A stretch of 64,000 nucleotides of DNA from Octopus vulgaris. Lineage: Eukaryota. The stretch is taken from assembly GCA_951406725.2 (NCBI GenBank), contig OX597830.1:70618001-70682000 (forward strand). Reading direction: 5' to 3'. Both the position numbers and the translations under genes were made by a program. The notes beneath the pieces are model-generated. The model was not told the origin of the DNA and did no database searches. It saw only the letters and a list, made by a program, of their open reading frames with translations. Shown piece after piece: positions 42,259 through 54,129 of this stretch (position 1 is its first letter; each line of letters opens with the position of its first letter).

Positions 42259-42435
42259 TGTTTTGTCTGGTGAGAGACATTTTCATTTTGTGCCTTATAA
42301 TTTAACACACACTCACCGGTAAAATTTCCACTAAAAAAACTAAAATAAAAATAAGTAATAAGTGGAAATTTTACCGGTGAGTGTGTGTTAAATTATAAGG
42401 TACAAAAAGAGAATGACTCTCCCCAAACACAACAG
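42258..42435. repeat. Long inverted repeat (arms about 75 bp) with right-hand extension
   Basis: CCTTATAATTTAACACACACTCACCGGTAAAATTTCCACT and its exact reverse complement. Confidence 0.9.
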
Positions 42436-42621
42436 AATATGCTTCAACACACGAACTCACATAAAGAATCTTGTAAATCAAATCCAAAAGCGAAATATAT
42501 ATATATATAAAATTACAATTTAGGGTATCTAAGAGATACCTCCACGCTGGCCACTTGATACGATCGGTATTTATATATCGATCTTATCCTTATATATTTA
42601 TATATCGATCTTATCCTTATA

Positions 42622-42709
<88 letters not shown>

Positions 42710-42748
42710 TATATATATATATACACACATATATATATATATATATAT

Positions 42749-42793
<45 letters not shown>

Positions 42794-43399
42794 TATACAC
42801 ACATATATATATATATATATATATCTGGAGAGAGAGAGAGAGAGAGTGAGAGAGAGGTGGGAGTGAGAGATAGATAGATAGATAGAACTCTCATCTGAAC
42901 AGAGCTGCGCACTGGCCCATCGTAACAAGACAACGAGGAAGTATGACATAACATGTATCAAATATGTATGTGAATATATCCTGGTTGTTTGCGTACGTAC
43001 ATCTGTGCGCAAAAACTGGGCGTGTGCGCATATACGTATGTATATATGCATGCGTGCATATGTGTGTGAGGGAAAAAGAGAGAGAGAGAGAGAGAGGACG
43101 AAGAAACGCGCGAGAGAAAGAGTGAGAGAGACACACAGACAGACTAACAGAGAGGGAATGTGGTACAATATATAAACCTGCACTCTGTCAAATCAAAAAT
43201 GTATACATACATACATGGATATAAATCATAGATAAAAATATGTGTACAAACGGCTACTCCCGAGTAATTAAATGTGTGTTTTAATGATTGTCTGGGGAGA
43301 ACTTAGGACAAAACCATATATTTTAACAAAGCACTATTTAACTTGGAGGTTTTTTTGTACTTTCGTTTATGGCTGCAGGTGAAAGGAAAGCGGTGTTGT

Positions 43400-43446
<47 letters not shown>

Positions 43447-43860
43447 AGCCGTATGGACGTATGTTTGAATAAGATCAAAGACACCGAATATCTTTCTTAT
43501 GATGATCATAGGTCTTATCGTATATCAACTGAAGGGGGTCTAACTGCTAACAAATACGATGTATCTAATACCGATGAACAAGGTCGACAACAGCAACAAC
43601 AATAGCATCGATTACAACAACAACAACAATGATAACAACAAGGACGACGATGACGGCGACGGCGATGACAATAACAACAACGATGACAGAATAAAGCACC
43701 ACAACAAAAATAACATCAACGTGGTTTAGGAAACCTAATAACGCGAGATCAAAGATTCATTAGATCCCTTTTTGCTTTTATCGCGAACATCTTTCGTTTC
43801 TTTCTCTCTTTTATATATATATATATGTATATATACATAATATACAGATATATATACATA

Positions 43861-43891
<31 letters not shown>

Positions 43892-44397
43892 TGTATACAC
43901 ATATATACATATATACAGATATATTTATATACACATATATATACACATATCTACATATATATATATATATATACATATATATACACATATATATACGTAT
44001 ATACAGATATACTCATATATATATATATATACACATATATATATACATATATAAATATATATATACACACGTATATACATATATATATACAGATATATTT
44101 ATATACATATATATATTTATATATATACAGATATATTTATATACACATATATATACACATATCTACATATATATATATATACATATATATACACACATAT
44201 ATACGTATATACAGATATACTCATATATATATATATATATATACACATATATATATACATATATAAATATATATATATACACACGTATATACATATATAT
44301 ATATACAGATATATATATATACATATATATTTATATATATACAGATATATTTATATATATACATATACATAAATACACACATATATACTCATATATG

Positions 44398-44432
<35 letters not shown>

Positions 44433-44569
44433 ATACGTACATGTACACACAGACAATAACACACACAGATATATGTGCTTATGTACTATAACTACATAGA
44501 AATTCATAATAAAATATTGATCTATATAGGTAGATATATAGGTATAACTAGATACAGAAAGAGAAACAG

Positions 44570-44603
<34 letters not shown>

Positions 44604-45167
44604 GAGATAGAGACAGAGATTCGCATATACATATATATATAGCTATATACCTATATATGTGTGTGTATACCTGTATGTCTTATAGACGTACACGTACACA
44701 CGCAGACAATGAACAAGTGTTACTATGATGTATAATTCAAGATGTGGCAACAGATATGATCATATCAAAGCTTTGTTCTCTTTCTGTCATGTATGTATGT
44801 ATGTATGTATGTATGTACGTATGTACGTATGTATGTATGTATGTATGTATGTATGTATGTATGTATGTATGTATGTATGTATGTATGTATGTATGTATGT
44901 ACGTACGTATGTATGTATGTACGTATGTATGTATGTATGTATGTATGTATGTATGTATGTATGTATGTACGTATTTATGTATGTATGTATGTATGTATAT
45001 GTGTGTGTGTGTATGCGTGTATATATATGCATATAATCCCTTTATTCTTTCTGTATATAAACATCCCCCTCATGGTCCCATTATTTCCTGCCTTCCACTA
45101 TATCACAACTTCAGTATGCATATATACACACTTTTATATACGTATATATATATATATATATATATGT

Positions 45168-45233
<66 letters not shown>

Positions 45234-45252
45234 GGTAAGTGAGTGATTGTAC

Positions 45253-45288
<36 letters not shown>

Positions 45289-45898
45289 TTTGTTTATTAT
45301 CTTTACTTAACAATTCAGAATGGGGTCGATTACAGCCGTAAAATATTACCAAGTAGCCCTTACTGGTTGTACGAACGAACGAAAGTACCTAGACAATAAA
45401 AGAGCTTCTCTCAGATGTTCAAAGACTGTAAAAGACCCACGAATAGCAAAAATTGCTTTTATTTAATTTCAGTTTAGCTTGAAGCTTGTTAAGTATATTC
45501 TTAAGTACATCGGCGGTTGAATTAACCTCACTCTCCTTCTTAACAACATAACAAACAAGACGCGCAGACATTTTCTTTTATCATTATTATTATTATTATT
45601 TGCTTAAAAGAAATAAAGGAGAGAAATTAGGTCACAGAAGAGGTACGATTTATTTTATTTACAATAATATCAAGGTAGATAGGCAAAAAATGTCTAACTC
45701 AACCTACATCCTCCGTTCTTTATTCACCGACTTCAATTATCAATACATTATTAAAAATGTGGAGAAAAAAATCATGGTTGAAATGAATCTTACTCATTGA
45801 ATCATCGACTACTTGAGAGACTAATTATTTAATATCCATTGCCTTGCTGGCCTTGTGCCAAAATTTGAAACCAATATTTATTGATAGTTAGACGGTGA

Positions 45899-46005
<107 letters not shown>

Positions 46006-46015
46006 TGATAGATAG

Positions 46016-46094
<79 letters not shown>

Positions 46095-46295
46095 CATACA
46101 TAAATTAGAGTCAGGTATTCTCTAGGTAGAATGTACTTCATAGTCGTCAAGAAATTTGAACTTTAACAAGTAGAGGAATATATGTATGGGCAGGCAAATT
46201 AGGAAAATCAATATATAAGGGAATATTAAATACATTTTATACAAAAAATGTACAAATGCATGAATAAAAATGTCCGACTTAAAGAGAATATAATT

Positions 46296-46500
46296 GATAT
46301 CAGGAATTAAATGATTTGAGTATGAGTTTTACAAGTCTAACAGCTGTTTCTGGGAGCTTGGTGGTCTAAAATCATGGTTGTAACTGGTGTTATCCGATGA
46401 AGGAATCAAGTTTAAATCATTATTTTTGCCCACTAAGCCCCCTGAAACAGCTGTTGGACTCGTAAAAAGGCTTACTCAACTCCTTTTATTTCCTGTTATC
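46296..46500. mobile_element. Old palindromic pLTR-like element with decayed hammerhead
   Basis: AACAGCTGTTTC / GAAACAGCTGTT arms; CCGATGA-AGG...CCT-GAAAC-AGCT-GTT. Confidence 0.55.
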
Positions 46501-46648
46501 ATGTATACTTTGTGTAAGGTGGATTTTTTTTATGCATACATATGTAAATTTTTTGATTTGATGTATTTCATATTTTATATATATGTGTATATCGACTTGC
46601 TTAACTTCCCTGTTCTTACATTTACTCCTACATACATACATACATACA

Positions 46649-46683
<35 letters not shown>

Positions 46684-46688
46684 CTATA

Positions 46689-46876
46689 TACATAATTACA
46701 CAAATATAATTGTAATTAAGGGCGCTGGAATGTCAGCGCCTATATGCTAGAAATGGATGTCAAATAACTACAATGTACATATTTAGAGTGGATTGTAGGT
46801 ATTTGACATCTCTTCTAGCGTATAGGCGCTGGTATTCCAACCCCCTTAATTATAATTATATTCTTATAATTATGTA
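46689..46876. repeat. Fold-back inverted repeat (arms about 85 bp, 17-nt loop) within microsatellites
   Basis: CAGCGCCTATATGCTAGAA..GATGTCAAATA / TATTTGACATC..TTCTAGCGTATAGGCGCTG. Confidence 0.9.
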
Positions 46877-46878
46877 CT

Positions 46879-47040
<162 letters not shown>

Positions 47041-47555
47041 CATACATACATACATACATACATACATACATACATACATACATACACACAAACATACATA
47101 CATACATACATACATACATACATACATACATACATACATACATACATACGTACACACACACATACATACCGGTGTACATATTGATGAAACAGTGTAGTGT
47201 AAGTTTGTATGCCACGAAACTCACCTAAGCTGATATTTACACTTTCTGCTATATTCTATAAGGAGGCATTAATATTCATTTCCCAAATGTTCACTAAACG
47301 AATCAAGTTACGGGAAGAATGGTGCAGGTGACGAAGTATTTGAATGGAAAATGTCACCAACCAGTTTCGATTTCATTCGACATAATACCTCTGTGAAAAC
47401 ATGTCAGTCAATTGACTTCTTAACAACGCTTATTCAGAGCGAATGGGATTTAGAAGACGTACAATGGAAAGCTTATACAAATATATTTTCTTCATTTTTT
47501 TTTTCCTCCATCTCTACATGCTATAGGCGGGATACTTACATACTCGTGTACATAC

Positions 47556-47662
<107 letters not shown>

Positions 47663-47750
47663 CAGATATATATCCATATGGGTCCACTGAGTACACCTTA
47701 GTCAATTGTCTTCTCCTATAGCCTCGGACCGACCAAGTCGTTGTGAGTGG

Positions 47751-47799
<49 letters not shown>

Positions 47800-48156
47800 C
47801 GTGTGTGAGTGTACGTACGAATAGGCTAGTATTTCATTGTTTTGTGTTGTGCACTCTTGATCGTAAACTTGTGGTTTCGATTCTTTCTTTGCTCAAGAAC
47901 ATAACGCAATACCTTGTGTTTTTTTAACAAAAAAAAATTGGTTCACGTTGACATCGTCTACTCAGCTTGTGTGTGTGCATAAATATGTGTGTGTGTGTGT
48001 GTGCGTGTGTGTGTGTTTGTGTGTGTATACAAACATACATTGCTCCATAGATGCACATCGTTTATATATACATCTATACATATGTATATATGTATATATA
48101 TATATGTATATGTATGTATGTATAAAGATATAGCTATATGTTTGTGTGTGCATATC

Positions 48157-48193
<37 letters not shown>

Positions 48194-48438
48194 GTATATA
48201 TATATATATGATGGTGTTCTTTCATTTTCCGTCTACCAAATTCACTCTATTCTTTTACTTGTGTGAGTCATTTGCCTGCGGTCATACATAAATACATACA
48301 TATGGCGGTGCCCCAGCATGGCCACAGCTCAAGAGCTGAAACTGGAAAACATAAACATAAACATATATACATACACACACACATACATACATACATACAT
48401 ACATACATACATACATACATACATACATACGTGTAAAC

Positions 48439-48483
<45 letters not shown>

Positions 48484-49023
48484 GCTTCGTCTTCTACAAC
48501 CTCTCTCTGTCACTCAATGACGCCCACATATGTAATGTAATTAAGTTGCGTGGAATACTTCTACTTACGCTACGAAGTTTACATTAATATTCATATACAT
48601 TTATGTATAAACGTAATGTGCTATGCACTATAAGTGTATTTGTATTTGTGTATGTATGCATATGTGTGTATGTGCAGTGTGTATATGTGTATGTACGTGG
48701 TTTGTTCAATATTAATCCGAGCCGAAAGTATAAATAATGTAATGAATAAATTTATATTCACAATATATAATAATACGTGACATACATTGGTATCATTTTT
48801 CTATATAATCTCTCAAATTGTCAACACGTTTCTGCCGACCTACCACAGAATCAGAGAAGAAGTTTGCAAAGGAATTGTGCTCCCAATCTGCTCGTTAGAA
48901 GTCATATTTTATCTTTTTTTCTTTATTTTTAATCTAGTTTCAGCTCACTAGCTGAGCTGTGGCCATGCTGGGGCACCGCCATTAGAAAGAGTGAGAGAAA
49001 GTTGTGGTGAAAGAGTGGTGGAA

Positions 49024-49396
49024 GCACTCCGTCGGTTACGACGATGAGGGTTCCGGTTGATCCGACCAATGGAACAGCCTGCTCGTGAAATTAACGTGTA
49101 AGTGGCTGAGCACTCCACAGACACGTCCACCCTTAACGTAGTTCTCGGGGATATTCAGCGTGACACAGAGAGTGACAAGGCTGGCCCTTTGAAATACAGG
49201 TACAACAGAAACAGGAAGAAAGAGTGAGAGAAAGTTGTGGTGAAAGAGTACAGCGGGGTTTACCACCCTCCGCCGCCGGAGCCTCGTGGAGCTGGGGTGT
49301 TTTTACACAATAAACACTCACAATGCCCGGTCTTGGAATCGAAACCGCGTTCTTACGACCGCAAGTCCGCTGCCCTAACCACTGAGCCATTGCGCC
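49024..49396 (-). mobile_element. SINE family C with tail i, full length
   Basis: Complete head to GTAACCGACGGAGTGC end. Confidence 0.9.
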
Positions 49397-49846
49397 AAAA
49401 ATATATATGTTGATAAATATAAAAATGTTTATATGCTGATTAATGATCTAAATATCTCTTGGGGTGCAATTTGGTCAATGCCCTGTATATAGAGGTGTAG
49501 AAAAGCTGACATCTTTTGTTGTTGACATCGAGTCAGCATCTGTCTGTGCAGAACATTGTCATATACTCGATACTCGAGGTGTATGTTTTTGGACTGTCTC
49601 TTTTTCGTTCCGCTGATATTTTCAACTGACAAAAAGCTTTCATTTTCCTCGATACAGTCAATGAGTTTGCGCGCAACAGAAACCCTATCATCTTCTTGAG
49701 ACGACCATACTCTACGCACTTTACTTTTAAGCCCTCTAATAAACAATAGAAGAGTTCAAATTCAATCTGTACCAAGCGGTTTCAGGCTGCTTACTTTAGT
49801 TCCGCCGGCAGAGAAAAAGTCTCGATACATTCTGATCAGACCTCGT

Positions 49847-50030
<184 letters not shown>

Positions 50031-50031
50031 G

Positions 50032-50079
<48 letters not shown>

Positions 50080-50096
50080 CATACATACATACTTAC

Positions 50097-50207
50097 CAGG
50101 TGGCCAGCTGGCACTTCAAATTCAGTTATTAGAATTTCTCTATCATTAAACTGAATACTTCGTCGTAACCAGCTGTCATAACCAGATACAACTGTCCCTC
50201 CTTTACA
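50097..50207 (-). CDS. Candidate internal exon (111 nt, phase 0-0), unknown product
   Basis: CTTTACTCAG| [37 protein letters not shown] |GTAAGT; acceptor uncertain. Confidence 0.3.
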
Positions 50208-50262
50208 CTGAGTAAAGTTTTGAACATCTTCCTTGCATGTACAAAATTATCTGCCTGTCGGA

Positions 50263-50358
<96 letters not shown>

Positions 50359-50733
50359 ATATATACCTGCCTGCATACATGCATACATATATGCATTGAC
50401 TAGCTTATATACGTATCATACATTTGTAAAATCATTACGTCAAGCAATATTTTAACAACAGAGAGAGGACCAGAAGAAATTTCTTTTACAATAGCTTCAT
50501 CTTTGAATCGTTGCTTCGAGTTCAAATCTGACAGGCGGATGATGCTTTCTGTTCTTCTGTTTTATTTTTTTTTTTTACGTTTTTCCATCCAATTCTTCCG
50601 GGGTCAGGGCAATTAGAAATACCCACCCATTTTACAAATAAAGCCTTGTGCCAATAAGCAATAAAATATCATTTTGATGTCCCGACACCACCTCTATGTT
50701 CCTTTATTTTTATCTATTATTATTATTATTATC

Positions 50734-50783
<50 letters not shown>

Positions 50784-50982
50784 GGGAAACTTTTATATTT
50801 ATCACTATTTTTTTATTGTAATTGATATGAATATTATTACCATTAACATCATCATCACCATCATCATCGTCGTCATCATCCTCATCACCCTCCCTTCTAA
50901 TTCAGCGTTACATTTTAAGGCTTATCTTTGTTTGTTGACGTGTATTTGTGTCAAGCCATGCCTTATTCGATCGCTTTTGCAG

Positions 50983-51058
50983 GTGTGCACGAAAAAGAAA
51001 CCCATCCCACCGAATAATTTGGCGCAGGCTCTGGACAGAGTATTTAGAACTACAAGGC
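50983..51058 (+). other. Candidate exon (76 nt)
   Basis: CTTTTGCAG| ... |GTAAGT; two open frames. Confidence 0.35.
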
Positions 51059-51126
51059 GTAAGTAATCGGTTCTATTTTCAGTGTGGGTGAGTGTATATA
51101 CATCATACATACATACATACATACAT

Positions 51127-51203
<77 letters not shown>

Positions 51204-51238
51204 CATAAATATATATATATATATACATATATATATAC

Positions 51239-51305
<67 letters not shown>

Positions 51306-51523
51306 CATACATACATACATACATACATACATACATACATACATACACAATACGTACATATGCAAGTAAATACACATATACACATTACAAGATTATACAA
51401 ACACATACAGCAAATATACGTACACTTACACATGTGTGAATATGTATCCTGAAACATGGTTATATATCTGTCATTAGCTTAATCTATATCTATTCTTATA
51501 TTTATACACACACACACACACAT

Positions 51524-51560
<37 letters not shown>

Positions 51561-52033
51561 GATAGATAGATACATACATATATATAAACACACATATATA
51601 TATATATATATATGCATATATTCGTTCACCACACTTAGGTACAGTATTGCGTGCTTCTAAATACACACACATATACACACATCAACACAATGTCTATATA
51701 ACCGTTCTGTGTATATTATTCATATATCTCACTGCAGACTGTATATGCATATGCATGTGTGTGTATATATGTGCATGTTTGTATGTATGTATGTGTGTGT
51801 GTGTGCGTGTGTATGTGTGCGTGCGTGTGTGTGTGCGCATGCGTGCGCGTGTGTTTTGATGTATCTTTACATATGCATATGTGTAAAGACACGCATAAGC
51901 ACTCCATCTGTGACCCACCAGACAGCCACTGCACATTGGTCCAATGCTGATGCTGATGAAGACATGGTAGTGTTGTTTGTGATGACCATAGTAATGAGAT
52001 GATGATGGAGCAAAAGGAAGAGAGGAAGAAGTA

Positions 52034-52266
52034 TCTTTACTCTTTTACTCTTTTACTTGTTTCAGTCATTTGACTGCGGCCATGCTGGAGCACCGCCTTT
52101 AGTCGAGCAAATCGACCCCGGGACTTATTCTTTTTGTAAGCCCAGTACTTATTCTATCGGTCTCTTTTGCCGAACCGCTCAGTGACGGGGACGTAAACAC
52201 ACCAGCATCGGTTGTCATGCAATGCTAGGGGGACAGACACACAAACACAGACACACAAATACACAC

Positions 52267-52299
<33 letters not shown>

Positions 52300-52471
52300 C
52301 ATATATACGACGGGCTTCTTTCAGTTTCCGTCTACCAAATCCACTCACAAGGCTGTGGTCGGCCCGGGGCTATAGCAGAAGACACTTGCCCAAGATGCCA
52401 CGCAGTGGGACTGAACTCGGAACCATGTGGTTGGTAAGCAAGCTACTTACCACACAGCCACTCCTGCGCCT
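52034..52471 (-). mobile_element. SINE family A, full-length young copy
   Basis: Intact A/B boxes, internal microsatellite, (AGTAAAAG)n tail. Confidence 0.95.
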
Positions 52472-52719
52472 ATATAAAACAGTTAAAGAATAGTGCGGCA
52501 TACTCAAGAAACCGTTATACTTAACTGGGTAATCCAACAGCAATACGAAAACGTTAGAACAGTGAAGTCCTATACAGTTTGGCATGAAATAATATTGCAT
52601 TTGGTTAATACACGTCAATACTTTTCTGTTTGATGCTTGTCTATTTACACATTATTTAAACCTCGTTGTTCACAGAGCAAATAACGATTTATTTTCCAGT
52701 TGGCCGATATCAGCATTGA

Positions 52720-53400
52720 TCAGAAGACATTTTGTTCGCCGAAGCTATTAGAAAACGACACCGGCTCTTGTTTAAACTCAGAGTTCTGGGTGATTCTGAT
52801 TCATAAGAGAAAACATGTTGAAGCACCGGTGTTCGAGAATATCTTGTACCACCGAGTTGTGGGTGATATGAATACACCGTCTTACTGGGGAGGTTGTCCT
52901 CCTGTAACGTACACAGCGTTATCAATAATGGGCACTCAACGATAGGATGCTTAGATTTGCAACAATCATCACTGACATATATGAAAACAGAGATTACGCA
53001 ATCACTGGCTGAGTAAAACTCCATTATATGCCACAGAAACTATATCAGATTAAAATAGACACTTATGTATTATACTTAATGTAAATACACCGTGAGAGGC
53101 AAAATTTATTGTATTCGTTCGGTGATAATATAATCTAATATCGTTTCTGTTGTATATAATGGATTTTTATTCAGCCAGGCAGATAATTGCAACACCCGTG
53201 ATTATTTACACATTGCTTTTGTATATGTAGGTGATGACGGATTTTTGCTTCAGCTTACTGAGTATGAGCACACTCTATTGATAACACCCTACGAGACGGA
53301 AGGGAATCTGAAGCTTTCACTCGCAACAGCTGGGACATGTATAGCCTTCCTGCATTACATACATATTGTGTTTTTAAATACAGAACATCCGGAGTTGATA
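52720..53400 (-). pseudogene. Possible degraded BTB-BACK-Kelch (KLHL-like) fragment
   Basis: Frameshifted motifs in order: RLYMSQLL..RFP, ECAHTQ*AEAKIRHHL, IIDNAVYVTGG..KTVYSYHP..RW. Confidence 0.35.
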
Positions 53401-53682
53401 TTCCCGGCCGCTGGAATTCTATAGTAAATTTTGCTTGACACAATGTACTTACATTACATATGATCCATAAATGGGTTTTTGCGCATGCATGAGTGCATAA
53501 ATATAAATACACATGCAGGGGGTTCGGGCTAAGTTTGATGATTGTTTGTGTCTCCTTTGGTCAGGAACAGTTTGATGACTAGGTAACAGTCAGCGGCTAT
53601 GGAGAACAAAAATAATTAAAGTCTGTACATTATTTACATTATTTACATTCGACGGATATTTGTCCTCATCTTGTTTGTTGAT

Positions 53683-53728
53683 AACACGACGTTTCGGCTG
53701 ATATACCCTCCAGCCTTCTTCAGGTGTC
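53683..53728 (-). ncRNA. Minimal type-I hammerhead ribozyme (GUC site)
   Basis: GACAC-CTGAAGA-A-GGCTG(GAGGGTATAT)CAGCC-GAAAC-GTC-GTGTT. Confidence 0.8.
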
Positions 53729-53871
53729 TTGGGGGATATTTCGAACCTGGGTTCTCATTCCTAAGGTATTTTTCGATATTATTATTATTATTATTATTAA
53801 CCACATATTGGTTAAGAGTGCGGGCTACTAACCCCAAGATTCCGAGTTCGATTCCAAGCAGTGACCTGAAC

Positions 53872-53939
<68 letters not shown>

Positions 53940-53992
53940 TAACAGCGAAAAATACTTTAGGAATGAGAATCCAGGTTCGAAATTTCCCCCAA

Positions 53993-54038
53993 GACACCTG
54001 AAGAAGGCTGGAGGGTATATTAGCCGAAACGTTGTGTT
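53993..54038 (+). ncRNA. Minimal type-I hammerhead ribozyme (GUU site)
   Basis: GACAC-CTGAAGA-A-GGCTG(GAGGGTATAT)TAGCC-GAAAC-GTT-GTGTT. Confidence 0.75.
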
Positions 54039-54129
54039 AATAACAAACAAGATGAGGACAAATATCGTCGAATGTAAATATTGTAAATGGTGTACATAAT
54101 TCCTCATCTCTTAAATATAGAACTGTTTT

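Larger units (their letters stand above)
53624..54129. mobile_element. Palindromic element: tRNA-derived head + (AAT)n + hammerhead-bearing tail, with inverted copy
   Basis: Inverted arms 53624-53803 and about 53809-54096; B box GAGTTCGATTCC at 53844-53855; HHR in both arms. Confidence 0.85.

Noticed and set aside
49429-49746. 105-aa minus-strand ORF (FIRGLK... gag-like)
   Set aside because: Only a short motif resemblance, with no ATG or supporting LTR features; left unassigned.
53809-53870. Functional tRNA gene
   Set aside because: The 5' acceptor strand is missing and it is embedded in a repeat; all other tRNA-like sequences here are SINE heads.
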